DNA of 64,000 bases, from the NCBI GenBank assembly GCA_963845755.1, contig CAWJTV010000041.1, forward strand, positions 320,001 through 384,000. Direction: 5' to 3'. The stretch comes from an uncultured Planctomycetota bacterium (GTDB lineage: Bacteria; Planctomycetota; Planctomycetia; Isosphaerales; Isosphaeraceae). Below, in pieces: positions 45,194 through 57,559 of the stretch. The notes beneath the pieces are model-generated. The model was not told the DNA's origin, ran no database searches, and saw only the letters and a program-made list of their open reading frames with translations. Position 1 is the stretch's first letter; each line of letters opens with the position of its first letter. The translations under genes were made by a program, and so were the position numbers.

Positions 45194-47243
45194 ATGCTCG
45201 CGGAGCAAGCCGCCCAGTTCGATTATGTCGTCGTCGGATCCGGCGGGGGAGGGGGCCCGGTCGCCGCCAATCTCGCCAGCGCGGGATTCAAGGTCCTCCT
45301 GATCGAGGCCGGCTACGAGTACAAGGACCTGAACTACGACGTCCCCGCCTTCCACTCCCAGGCGACCCAGGACCCGGAGATGCGCTGGGATTTCTACGTC
45401 CAGCACTACTCCGATCCGGCGCGACAGAGCAACCAGTACGATTCCAAGTACGTCCCAGGGAAGGGGGTCCTGTATCCCCGTGCCGGCACCCTGGGAGGCT
45501 GTACGGCGCACCACGCCCTGATCACGATCTACCCACACAACAGCGACTGGGAGGAGATCGGCGGGATCGCCAAGACGTACGACCCGAATGACGACTCGTG
45601 GGCTCCGGACCGGATGCGGCGCATCTTCGAACGGATCGAGCGGTGTGGCTACCTCGGGCAGCCGGACGCGAAGTCCCGACACGGCCTCAAGGGCTGGCTC
45701 TCTACCGACGTGATCACGGACCTGATCGACATCCAGGAGACGCTGGGAGACCCCGATTTCGAGCTGATCCAGACCGTCCTCGGCGCCGTGTACGCGACGA
45801 TCTGGGACCTCGACTTCAACCCCGCCGACCCCCGGTCCCTCGACCGCCTGCTCGACACCATCGAGACCGCACTCGCGGACGCCCCCAAGCTCAAGGAGCT
45901 GTTCAATCTCCGGCCACTCGCCGGGAAGAAGGCCGAGCTCGAGGCCCGCATCAAGGGCTCGTTGAACGCGTTCCTGGACCCCAACCAGTACCCGGTGACG
46001 CTGGAACACCGCGAGGGCGTGTTCCTGATCCCGATCGCCGTCAGCAACGACGCGCGGAAGCGCGTTGGGACGCGGGATCGGATCAATCAAGTCAAGACAC
46101 AATTCAGTGAGAACATGACGATATGGTCTAACACGTTCGTCACCAGGGTCGTCTTCGAGGGGAAACGGGCAGTGGGGGTGGAATACGTCCGGAGCCCGAA
46201 ATACTACGACGCCGCCCCGGCGCCGAAGGACGGCCGCAAGCGGTCGGGACCGATCGAGACGGTACGCGTCCGGCGCGAGGTGATTCTCTGCGGTGGCGCG
46301 TTCAATACGCCCCAGCTTCTCATGCTCTCGGGGATCGGACCGGCCAAGCACCTCGCCGACCAGGGGATCAACGCGGTGGTGAGCGACCTGCCCGCAGTGG
46401 GCCACTTCCTCCAGGATCGCTACGAAGTCGGGATGATCTCCGAATACCCCCGCGACTTCAAGACCTTGGCCGGCGCCCTGTTCCGGAAGCCGAGGGCAGG
46501 GGAGTCCGACCCCGTGCTGACCCAGTGGGAGACGCAGCACGACGGGCTGTACGCGACCAACGGCGGGGTCGTGTCCGTCATCCGGAAATCGTCCCCCAGC
46601 CGGACCGACCCCGATCTCTTCATCTTCGGCCTCCCGGCCGCGTTCAAGGGGTATTTTCCGGGCTACGCCAATGCACTCGAGGCGCAGAAGGACCGGTTCA
46701 CCTGGGCGATCCTCAAGGCCCACACGATCAACAAGGGGGGCTATGTCCAGCTCAAGTCAACCAATCCGTTCGAGCGGCCGGAGATCAACTTCCAGTACTT
46801 CGACGAGGGGACCGACACCGGCGGCGATGACCTCGAGGCGGTGGTCCAGGGAATCCTTTTCGTACGGAGGTTCACAGCCCACCTGGGGGTGGACGCCCGC
46901 CCGCTCGTCGAGACGGGTTACGACCCGCCCGACATGAACGATCGCCACGCGATCGCGGAGTGGGTCAAGAAGGAGGCCTGGGGACACCACGCCTGCGGGA
47001 CCTGTCGAATCGGGCCCAAGGACAAGCCGGACGAGGCGGCGCTCGACCCCCATTTCAAGGTCCGAGGGGTCGAGGGCCTGCGGGTCGTCGAACGCCTCGG
47101 TCTTCCCGAGCATCCCGGGGTTCTTCATCGTGACGCCCATCTACATGATCGCGGAGAAGGCCAGCGAATCGATCCTCAACGATGCGGGATGGAAGCGGCC
47201 TGAGGGCGCGCCCGATGGCTTGAACTTGCCGGACGTGGTCTGA
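45194..47243 (+). CDS. GMC (glucose-methanol-choline) oxidoreductase (frameshift near 47092)
   Basis: VVGSGGGG FAD motif, PRAGTLGG, GGAFNTPQLLMLSGIG, HHACGTC, (D)ASVFP...MIAEKA. Confidence 0.92.
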
Positions 47244-47374
47244 ACCTAACGCGGCCTTCGGGCGAAACCCAAGAGGGATTCCCGCATTTGGAATTCTCCG
47301 GATGCGCAGGGCCAGGAGATGGTTCGAGGGGACTGGACCCCGAAAACCGTGCGGTGCAGGAAAGGGAGGTTGCG

Positions 47375-49829
47375 ATGGGGCGGATTCTCCAGATTGTCCT
47401 GGCGATTGTCCTGGCGGTGGTCGTCGTCGCTTTATACGGGCCGTTCCTGATCGCGGTCGCGGTGTTCGGCCTGGGCCACCTCATGTTCCCGGTCCTGCTG
47501 CTGATCGTCTTCAGTATCCTCTTCGGTCTACTCGGGGCGGATTACGGCCTGCCCGGGTTGTTCTGGCACGACCGCCTCCTGACGCGGATGGGTGCCGCCA
47601 CGGCGGTCACGCTCTTGCTCGCCCTGTCCGGAGTCCTCGCATTCTACACCGCCAAACCGACCGCGAAGACCCTGGATACTTTGCTCGTCCGCGGCCCCAA
47701 CCCTCGCAGAGCAGGGGGAGGACGATGACCTCGGACGGCTCGTACAGTTCCTCCTGGTGACGAGCCCGCCATTCCTGGCCTTGCTCGTGGCGCCCGCCTT
47801 GTTTCCGGCCGCCTTCCCGCGGGTGCCTCGCTCGGTGCCATCGATTTTGATCAGCCGGGATAAGATCGGACCGACGGTGGGACGGACGATGTCCGTCGCG
47901 ACCAACCCGGTGGCCTATGCACTGAGCCTGGTCACCTGGCTCGCCGGGATCGCTCTCGGCGTGCTCGTCATCGTCTTGCTCAGGTCGGCCGCCGAAGCGG
48001 TGCACGGCGGACTGCTGTATTGGGAGGCGGGCGACCACGGGATCAGGCACCGCGGGATGCAGGTCTTCTTCCTCATGCTCGCCGCGTTCTACGCGGTCCT
48101 TTCGGCCAAGCCGGTCTACGACCGGGTGGTGTCGCCCGCTTTCGCGCTCTGCGCCCTGCTGGGCCTGCTCTCGACGGCCTACGCCGTCATCGCCTACATC
48201 TACCCCTGGTCGTTCCAGGGGGGGATGACGCTCGTCATCCTGGTCGGCGCAGTCTGGTTTGCCCTGGTCAATAACGACCCGTACAAGCTCCGTTTTCCCG
48301 AGATGGATGCCTACTACCCGAAGGGAGCCGTGGGGCTCGTGCCGCTGCGGCCGCGGGTGGACGAGATCGCCCGGGACTTCGGGATCGGGGGCGGACTGGG
48401 CCGCCTGCGGCTTGTCCGCGACGAGGACGCGCTGCGCAACTGGGCGGGGACGATCGGGGGCGAGGCGAAGCCGAAACTGGCGGTCGTTTCCGTCAGCGGC
48501 GGGGCGCTGCGGTCGGGGCTCTGGGTCGCGATCGTCCTGGACCGTCTCGAGAAGCAGATCCCGGGCTTCGGCCACCACGTCCGGCTCATCACGGGCGCCT
48601 CGGGCGGCATGGTCGGGGCCGGCTATTACCTGATTCACCGGAGGAAAGTGATCGGCGTGCCCAGCAGCCCGGCGATTGCCGATACCTACCGGCCCTCGGA
48701 GTGGGTGCTGTCCATCCCTCGCGACAGCCTCGAACCGGTTGCCCGGTTTATCGCCCTGCGCGATCCGTTTCTGGGCTTCCTGCCGCGGATCACCACTGAC
48801 GACCGGGGGATCCGTCTGGAGGACGATTGGAAGGACCTGGCCATTCCTTTCCGCGATCTGAGCGGGGACGAGGAAGCCGGCCGGATCCCGTCGATGATCC
48901 TCTCGCCGCTGATGATCGAGGACGGTCGAAGGCTGCTCATCAGCAACCTGGATCTCGGGGCGCTGATCGGGTCGGCCGGGAGCGAGATGGTAGCCAACGG
49001 CGCACCCGGTGCGGCCCGGCTGTACTCGCTCTCGGCCCTGGAGTTCTACCGGCTCTTCCCCGAGGCGACGAGGTTCCGGCTGAACACGGGCGTGCGGATG
49101 AACGCCTCGTTCCCTTACGTCTCGCCGTCCGTCAGCCTGCCGACCGACCCGACCCGACGGGTGTTCGACGCGGGCGGCTACGACAATTACGGGATCCAGG
49201 TCTCCGCGGCGTGGATCCACAAGAACTTCGACTGGCTGCTGGCCAACACCTCGGGGGTCGTCCTCGTGCAGATTCGCGACGCGATCAGCACCGATGCAAG
49301 GCTGGGGGTCGCGGACATCCCCTCGGGGTTGCTCAACCGGCTGTACCGCGGGTTCCGGTTCTTCACCAGCGCGCCCGAGGCGGCCGAGTCGGCCCGGACG
49401 TCGTCGGCCATGTTTCGCAACGATCAGGACGTCGCCGACCTGAGCGAGCGGTTCGCCGAGGCCGCGGGGGGTGACTCCTCGTTTTTCACCACGGTGATCT
49501 TCGAGAACTCCGCCGAAGTGACCTACCGCCCGCCGGACCCCGGAGCCTGGCCCGGCGACACGACGGTCGCCTCCGACACCGTCTCCGGTGTCGCCCTGGA
49601 CTGGTACCTTACCCGGGCCGAGCGCGACAGCCTGATTGCCGCCATCCCGACGCCCGCATCCGGCGGCCTGTGGGTTGACCGGCAACGGCGACTCAAACGC
49701 ATCGCCGAGCTCCGCGACCGGGCCGCCGCGACGTCGGGGTCGGCCCGGGTTGAAGCCCTCACTCAGCTCGAGCAAGCCGAGAACTACGAGCGGCTGGTCT
49801 TACTGGACGACTGGTGGAAACGGCCTTGA
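47375..49829 (+). CDS. Polytopic membrane protein with a C-terminal patatin-like phospholipase domain (frameshift near 47700)
   Basis: Many TM helices, then SGGALRS oxyanion loop, GASGG nucleophile, ASFPYVSP, and DAGGYDNYG catalytic Asp. Confidence 0.8.
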
Positions 49830-49902
49830 TTGTCGTGATCGAAAGCTTCGTCGCCTCCGTCAGGTTAAGATCGTCTCGAAGACGGGGAGCGGAGGGTTGG
49901 CG

Positions 49903-50832
49903 ATGGGAACCATGCAAGGAACCACGGAACTTGGAGGCGGCCGCTTCCCCACCCATGCTCGGTCCGGGGGCTTGAAGTTGGGCTCGATCGCCGCCGTCCT
50001 GCTCATCCACCTGCTGGCGGCCACGACCCCGCTCTGGGTCACCTGGCCGGGCGTCGCGGCCTTCGCGATCCTCTACTTTATCACGGGACAACTCGGGATC
50101 AACATCGGCTACCACAGGCTGCTCGCACACCGAAGCTTCCAAACGCCCCGCGCCGTCGAGCGCGGCCTGGCGCTCTGCGGGACCTTGGCCTTTCAGATCG
50201 GCCCGATCAGTTGGGTCGGCAACCACCGCTACCACCACAAGGAGGCGGATCAGTTGCTCGACCCGCACACCCCCCTGGCAGGCTTCGCCTGGGCCCATTT
50301 CCTCTGGACCTTCTACGGCCATCCCGAATTGCCCGACCTGGAGCGGCGGACGCGCCATGCGCGAGACTTGGCACAGGACCCGTTCCATCGCGCCTTGGAG
50401 CGTCATTTCCTCTTCCTGAACCTCCTGCTGTTCGCAGCCCTCTTCGCCGGGGGTTGCCTTGTCGGCGGACCTGGCTTGGGGGCTTCGCTGCTGGTCTGGG
50501 GTGGGTTCTTGCGGGTCGTCGCTATCTGGCACGCGACGTTCCTCGTCAATTCGGTCAATCACCTTTGGGGCTATCGGAATTACGAGACGGCCGACAACAG
50601 CCGGAACAACGTCTGGATCGCGCTGCTGGTCTGCGGCGAGGGTTGGCACAACAACCATCACGCCGAGCCCCGATCTGCGGCGCACGGGCACTGGAGGCTG
50701 GAGTTCGACCTGGCGTACGCGATGATCCGCATTATGGAGGCGCTTGGACTCGCCCGGAGGGTCATCCGGCCACGCTGCTGGCGGCGGGACGCCGGGACCG
50801 GACCTGGACAGGCGGCCCGATCGTTACAATAG
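49903..50832 (+). CDS. Delta-9-type acyl-lipid/acyl-CoA desaturase
   Basis: His boxes HRLLAH, HRYHH and HNNHH; NSVNHLWGYR. Confidence 0.92.
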   Translation: MGTMQGTTELGGGRFPTHARSGGLKLGSIAAVLLIHLLAATTPLWVTWPGVAAFAILYFITGQLGINIGYHRLLAHRSFQTPRAVERGLALCGTLAFQIGPISWVGNHRYHHKEADQLLDPHTPLAGFAWAHFLWTFYGHPELPDLERRTRHARDLAQDPFHRALERHFLFLNLLLFAALFAGGCLVGGPGLGASLLVWGGFLRVVAIWHATFLVNSVNHLWGYRNYETADNSRNNVWIALLVCGEGWHNNHHAEPRSAAHGHWRLEFDLAYAMIRIMEALGLARRVIRPRCWRRDAGTGPGQAARSLQ

Positions 50833-50850
50833 TGCTCAAGCGAAGAGCCA

Positions 50851-50878
50851 ACCGAACATAAGACCGATTATCAGACGT
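50851..50878 (-). other. dif-like (XerC/XerD) recombination site
   Basis: Minus strand ACGTCTGATAA-TCGGTC-TTATGTTCGGT, 11-6-11 layout with ATAA-N6-TTAT core; right arm starts TTATGTT as in canonical XerD arms. Confidence 0.55.
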
Positions 50879-50985
50879 TGCGCACACGCCAAACACAGGG
50901 CCTGTGGGCGTTCCGAGCCTTACAAGTTCCGAACGTGCTTGTTACCCGGTTCGGCCGGCGTGATCGTCATGGTCCTTGGCCCAAA

Positions 50986-51995
50986 TCAGAAGTCCGCGTC
51001 GAGCACGATGCGGTATCGGGCCTTGCCCGCGCCGAGCCGCTCGAACGCCTCGTTGATGCGGCTCATCGGAAGGTGCTCCGTCTGCGGCGTGATGCCGTGC
51101 CGCGCGGCGAAGTCGAGCATCGTCCCGATGCCCACCGGCGAGCCGATCGGCGACCCGGACAGGCTCTTCTGCCCCATGATGAGCGGGACGACGTGAACCG
51201 GTATCGGTTCGACCACGATGCCGACGACGTGCAACCGGCCGTTCGGCGCCAGCGAGGCGATGAGCGCGTCCCACTCGAGCGGGACGTTCACGGTGACCAG
51301 CAGCAGGTCGAACGCCCCGGCCAGCTTCTTGATCGCGCCGGATCGCGGCTCGACACCACGTGACGCGCGCCAAACTCCCGGGCCTCGTCGAACTTGCTCG
51401 CGCTGGATGTGAACGCCGTCACGTCGCAGCCGTAGGCGGCGGCGAATTTCACGGCCATGTGGCCCAGCCCGCCGATCCCCACGATGCCCACGCGGCTGGT
51501 CGGCCTGGCGTACATCACCAGCGGGTGGAATACGGTCATCCCGCCGCACAGGAGCGGCCCGGCTTCGGCGCCGTCGATGTTTTCCGGGAGGGGGATGGCC
51601 CATGCCCAGTGGGAGCGGACGCGGCTGGCGAACGCGCCCTTGTGCCCGACAATCGTGAACGTGGATTGCGGGCACAGATGATGATTGCCGGACATGCACT
51701 GCCGGCAGTGCATGCAACTGCCGGCCGTCCAGCCGATCCCGACGCGTTGCCCGACCTTCAGCCCCTTGGCCGCCGGTCCGATCTCGACCACCCGGCCGAC
51801 GGCTTCGTGTCCCAACACGGCCGGGAACTGCGAGTACCCCCAGTCGTTATTCAGCACCGAGATGTCGGAGTGGCACAGGCCGCAGTGCTCGACCTGCACC
51901 TCCACCTCCTCGGCCCCGAGCGGTCCGAGTTCGACCTGCTGCCGAACCAATTTGCCCTTGGCGCTCATGGCGACCCATGCGTCGATCATTGCCAT
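50986..51995 (-). CDS. Zn-dependent NAD(P)H alcohol dehydrogenase/aldehyde reductase, Ahr-like (frameshift near 51360)
   Basis: CGLCHSD, GHEAVG, four-Cys Zn site, PLLCGG, GIGGLG, RYRIVL. Confidence 0.9.
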
Positions 51996-52019
51996 CGGGG
52001 TACTCCAGGAAGAGGGAAG

Positions 52020-52143
52020 CAGGCGGGATGCCCTCGTCATTCGAGCGACTGCGGGTGAGGGGTGCCATGACGATGCGGTTCTTGAGCCGAAGATCGCCGA
52101 TCGCAACGGGCTGCCATACGGGACTTGTAGGGCGCGCAGACAC
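52020..52143 (-). pseudogene. N-terminal stub of an Old Yellow Enzyme / alkene reductase
   Basis: GTG after GGAGG; WQPVAIGDLRLKNRIVMAPLTRSRS, then joins directly to the ADH RBS region. Confidence 0.75.
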
Positions 52144-52242
52144 TTTAGCACCTCCTGGGAATTGGAACTTCGACATCTGGCGAGATCTCGAACCTACCCC
52201 TCGTCCACGACCGTCCTCCATCTCAACGTCGAACGAAGTGGA

Positions 52243-53659
52243 TCAACCGAGTTCTTTTTCCCAGACCGCCTGCGCATTGGTGAATTCCCGCAAGCCGAAG
52301 TGTGAAAGCTCCCTGCCGTAGCCGCTCTTCTTGACGCCACCGACCGGAATGCGTGGGTTCGACGCGGAGAAGCCGTTGATGAAGACGCCGCCGGTTTCCA
52401 ATCGTCTCGCGATGGCGCGGGCCTTCTCGGTGTCGGTCGTCCATAGATTGCCGCTGAGCCCGTACTCGCTCGTGTTGGCGAGCCTGATCGCGTGCTCGGC
52501 GTCCTCTGCGATCGTGATGGCGGCCACCGGCCCGAAGACCTCTTCATCGAACGCCGCCATCCCCGGCAGGACGTCGGCAAGCACAGTCGGCTCGTAAAAG
52601 AACCCGCGACCCTGAACCTTTCTGCCACCCAGGAGCAATCTCGCTCCCCTCGCCATCGAGCGCCTCGACTTGATCATGCACCCCGTCGCGCAAGTCGTCG
52701 CGAGCAATCGGCCCGATCGTCGACGCCTCGTCGAGCGGATCTCCTGCCTTCACCTTCCTGGCGGCTTGCACGAACCTGCGCGTGAACTCGTCCGCGACTG
52801 GGCGCTCGAGGATGAAACGCTTGGCGGCCAGGCAAACCTGCCCCGCATTTTGGAAGCGGGCCTCGATGCCGACATGCACGGCTCGATCGATCTCGGCGTC
52901 GGCCAGCACGATGAATGCATCCGCGCCGCCGAGCTCGAGCAGGCTCTTCTTGAGCGCCTTCCCCGCGGTCGCGGCCACCGCCGAGCCAGCCCGCATGCTC
53001 CCGGTCACCGTGACCGCCGCAATCCTCGCATCTTCGATGACGGTGGCAACCACGTCTTTGCCGGCATTGAGATTGGCGAACAGGTGCTTGGGGAACCCAC
53101 TCGCTTCGTACGCATCCCGCAGAGCGTAGGCGCACCCCATGACGTTCGACGCATGCTTAAGAAGGAATCCGTTCCCGGACAGCATGATCGGCCCGGCCGC
53201 GCGGATGACCTGCCAGAGAGGGAAGTTCCACGGCATCACGGCGAGGACCGTGCCGATCGGCAGGAATGAGACGTAAGCGCGGTCGCCCCCGTCCGCCGCG
53301 ACCGGTTCGTCGGCCAGGATCGCCGGCCCGTGCTCGGCGAGCCATTCCAGAGTGGCGGCACATTTCTCGACCTCGGCCCGCGCCGACCCGATCGTCTTCC
53401 CCATCTCGCTGGTCACCAGCAGGGCGATCGCCTCCGACCGCTCCCGGAGCTTCGCGGCCAGGCGCCGGTAGCAGCCGACCCTGTCGGCCATTGGGGTCGC
53501 ACGCCATCGCTGGAAAGCGGCAGCCCCCACCGCGAGCGTCCGCTCGACCTCCTCCGGCGTCTGGAACGGGTAAGTTGCGATCGGCTCGCCGCTGGTGGGG
53601 TTGCGCGAGATCGCGCCAGCCGCTGGGTTCCTGTTCTCGTCCGGCATGATCATCCCCAT
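52243..53659 (-). CDS. NAD(P)-dependent aldehyde dehydrogenase, succinate-semialdehyde dehydrogenase-like (frameshift near 52660)
   Basis: MPWNFP, TGS, LELGG, NAGQVC, EEVFGP, GGVKKSGYGRE. Confidence 0.9.
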
Positions 53660-54045
53660 GATAGTGAAGATTCAGACCGTCTTGGGACCGTCGCCGTAGT
53701 TGAGGCTTTGATGTCCGGGCGCGTCCAACTCGTCAGCCTGCCGAGGCTCGCGGACGGACGCGAATCCCGCCTCCCTCCGCTCCCTCGCTTCTTCTAAGCG
53801 TTGGGGTATGACAACGGTTTCGGCTGGCGCCCTTCCTTCGGCGAGAGCGGACGGAAACCAACGAGCGGCGTGGAAGGATCGCGGGGCGGTAGACAGATGC
53901 CGGCCCTTCCGCCCTCGTGCTTTGTCACACCTAAGAATTCGGGTTGGGAAATTCTGTCCGGGCGAGCATGGTGCGAAACACGATGGGATTTCCCCTCAAC
54001 ACGCTGAGGATCACTGTGCGGACGGACCAGGAGTCGGATGAGTGG

Positions 54046-54125
54046 CTTCGTTGCCTTGGTTCCCTTCTGTTGAAGGCTGGTTCGCAGTCCCATTCCGGGA
54101 ACAGAAGGAAACGGAGGAAACGAAG
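54046..54125. repeat. REP-like inverted repeat, 26-bp arms
   Basis: cttcgttgccttggttcccttctgtt (54046-54071) pairs with aacagaaggaaacggaggaaacgaag (54100-54125), 22 of 26 matches. Confidence 0.65.
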
Positions 54126-54276
54126 AAGGATCCCTCCACGTTTCCTCTGTGGTAAGTCGGGCCCGTGTGGCGAGGCGACACCACATCGCGCTCGAGACGG
54201 ACGCTGTAAAATCGCTTCCCTCAACCCGAAATCTTAGCTGTGACAGATCACTCGCCTTTACTTTCATCCGGTCATT

Positions 54277-57200
54277 TCAGGGGGTGACCCCGCAACGGGC
54301 GAGTACGGCCCCCACTTCGGCCCACAGGGCGAGGAAGTCCTTCCGCTCGTCCACCGCCAGTCTCTTCAACCGGGCCGGCTCGCGCAGCCAGGCCAGGTCA
54401 GGCTCGTCCTGCCATAACGTCAACATTTCCTTCGCGAGATCACGGTCTGCCCGGCGACCGCCGTCCAGCGTCCTGGACAACATAACCTGGTCGGTCCGCA
54501 ACCATTCGAGCGCCTTCCTCCGCCAGTGCGTCTGCTCCGCCGCGCCGAGCTTGGCCGAATCCTTGCCGAGTCCGCAGCCGGCTAACGCCGCGCAGCGGGC
54601 GGCGCGATAACGGATATCCGACATTAAGGCCTCGGTCCGGTTCGACTTATCGGATTCTTGTGCCGCGCGGCGAAGGCATTGTGTGGTCAGGCATCGGCTA
54701 GGTCCGGATCGGCTGCGAAGGCGTCGGCGCACAAGCGGCTAGCGGCGCCGTAGAGTGCTTCGGATTCACAGATCCCGAGCAGTGCCAGACGCTCGTTGTT
54801 GTCTTGCGGCTGCCAATCTCCCTGTCGGAACGCTTGCAGTTTCGGCAGGATCATGGCCTCGGCCTCGCGGCGTAGAATGTGATAGATCCACCCGTTCTGG
54901 TCGCGCGCATGAACCTGCATCGCCCGCCAGTCATGCGCCAGGATCGCCGCCGCGAGCGTTTTCCGGGCTTCCGTCGCCTGTCCGCTCCTGTGAAAGGACA
55001 GAGCGAGCACCAGGCGAGGGGCCGGTCCGAGAACGCCGGATGCGTCGCCCTTCATCGTGGCGATGGCCCGGTCAAATTGGCCCTGCCGGTACTCGGCCAG
55101 GCCGTGGACGAATTCGAAATAGGGGTGACCCCACTTGTCACTCTCCCGTTCGGCGCTGGCGCGCTCGGCGAGGGCCACGGCCTGACGCAGTTCGTCGTCC
55201 GTGCCGGGCAACAGCAGACACGCCCGCGCAATTCGCTCCGCGTCGAACGGATACGTGGTCGCGCCGAACCTTTCGAGCAACGCCCGCCTGGCGCGGCGGT
55301 AGTCCTCCTCCCGGCCGAGGAACAGGCACAACTCCGCATAGCCGTACCAGGAGTCATGATCCGGTGGGTCGAATTCCAGGAGTTTCTCCCAGGCAGCGCG
55401 GGTCCCTTCGAGCCTGCCATCTGGGGCCAGGACCTTGGCCAAGTCCTTAACAACGGCAACATTCGGGTTCAGTTCAAGTGCCTTTCGGAAGGCGGCGATG
55501 GCCCCCTCCGCGTCCTTCGTTTCGAGCAAGGCCCTACCCAGCTTTGTGTAGATCTCGTCATTCCTGGGGCGGATGGCCACTGCCGCTCGGAAGTAGCCCA
55601 CCGCCACCTGGGGCCGTTCCTTTTCCCAGTACTGACCAAGCAGGTAGTTAAGCCAGAAGTCTTCCGGATGACGCTGCTGGGCCTCGCGCAGCAACGCCAG
55701 CGTTTCCTCCCTGTGGCCGTCTATGAGCAAGACGCCACCCAGCCCGGAGAGGACCAGCGGAGGCTGTGCCAACGCCTCTGTCAACGCTGCCAACGTCACC
55801 ATCCTCGTTGTGTCCCTTGGCACCGTCGTGTCCCTGACCGCCACGGCTTCCCGCCACGCTCGCCGCCAAGGGTCGTCGTCGGCCAAGTCCAGCACGGCCC
55901 GCAGCTTGGCCCGGTCAGCGTCCAAAGCCCAGTAGTGCCAATCGTGAAGGTAGGCCAGCAACGTCTCGCGGATGGCCGAGTTGCCAACCCTTGCCGCCGC
56001 CTCGTCCTCCGGAAGCGAAAGATCGATGCCGCAACTCCGAAAAGCCTCCTCATACAGCGGGGCCGCCGTGTTATGAGTCTTCGTCGGGTCTGTCGAACAG
56101 GCGCAGCCGGATCTCTTCAAGGCTGGCGGCCACGCTCGTGTCCTTCGCGCCTGCACCAGCCGTTCCCGGAGCTTGGCCGAAGCCGAACTGCTCAGCAGGC
56201 TCGGGACGCCCTCCAGCGCTGCCCGCGCATCGGGCCAGCGTCCTTGCTTTCCCAAAGCCGAGGCCTGCTCCAGCGCGGCCTCGACGGCCCGCGTCTCCCG
56301 CTCCTCCTGCCGTACCGATTCCGCGTGTCGCTCGGCCTGCTCCCGCTCCAGCCAAAACCCGCCGCCGATCGCCAGCCCGGCCAGAGCCAGTACTGTCGCC
56401 ATCAGCGCCGCCGCCGCCGGGTTCCGCCGGCCCCAGCGCCACAACCGCGCCGCCAGGCTCAAGGGCCGAGCCCGGATCGGCCGTCCCTCCCCAAACCGCC
56501 TCAGGTCTTCGGCTAGCGCCGCGGCGCTGGCGTAGCGGCCTTGTGGCTCCTTCTGCAGGCATTTCAGGCAGACGGTCTCCAGGTCGCGGGGCACCTTGGC
56601 GTTCAGCCGCGCCGGCGGGACCGGCTCCTGATCAACCACCTGCTGGACCGTCTCCGCCGGCGTTTCGGCGCGGAACGGCGGCCGCCCGGTCAGCAGCTCG
56701 TAGAGGATCGCCCCCAGCGCGTAGACATCCACGGCCGGCCCAACCGCCCGCGACTGGCCCCGTGCTTGCTCGGGGGCCATGTAGCTCGGCGTGCCCAGCG
56801 GGACGCCGCTCAGGGTAAGCCCCGCGCCGCCTTCGAGGCGCCGGGCGAGCCCGAAATCCGTGACCTTGGGCGTGCCGTCGGGCGTGAACAAGATATTAGC
56901 GGGCTTGAGGTCGCGGTGGATAATTCCTCCCTGATGCGCCGCGTGCATGGCCTCGGCCAGGGTCGCCAGCAGCGCGGCGGACTGGCGGGCCGGCTGCGGC
57001 GTACCCGTCAGCCTTTGGGCCAGGCTGCCCCCATCGATCAACTCCATGGTGAAGTAGGGACGGCCGGCCCAGTGGTCGACGTCGTAGACCTGCACGACGT
57101 TGGCGTGTCGGAGGGCGGCGATCGCCTCGGCCTCACGCCGGAATCGTTCCCGCTCGTGCGGGCCGGCGTAAGAGCCGGCCAGCGTCATCTTGAGGGCGAC

Positions 57201-57506
57201 GAGGCGGCCCAGGCGCAGGTGCCGGGCCCGAAAGACGACGCCCATGCCGCCGTGACCGAGCACCGCCTCGACCTCGTAACCCGGGACTTGCGGCAGGGGC
57301 AGATCCTCCGACGGCATCGTCGGGGGAATTCCATGCGGCCAGACCGGGAACAGCGAGTCGAGTTCGGCACGCGCCCGACAGATCTGCCGCCACCGCTCGC
57401 GGACGGCGGGCAGCAGTTCCGGGTACGCACCGCAGACCTCCTCCGGGGTGGCTTCCTGGTCGAGCAGCTCGTCGAGCAGTTCCTGGACGCGGGGGTCGTC
57501 GGGCAT
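54277..57506 (-). CDS. Membrane Ser/Thr protein kinase with TPR region (frameshifts near 56100-56140 and 54690)
   Basis: GHGGMG, HRDLKPAN, DFG, GTPSYMAPEQ, TM helix, TPRs; C-terminal RYRAARCAALAGCG segment in ORF 54277..54732. Confidence 0.9.
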
Positions 57507-57559
57507 GGCTGCCTCTCACGCGGTCGTGACCGGGTTCGAATGCTGGCGGCGGGACCGGC

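Noticed and set aside
47607..49775. 722-aa minus-strand ORF
   Set aside because: Antisense shadow of the patatin-like gene.
53805..53931. 10-bp imperfect inverted repeat GGTATGACAA/TTGTCACACC as a MITE
   Set aside because: Too short, with no convincing target site duplication.
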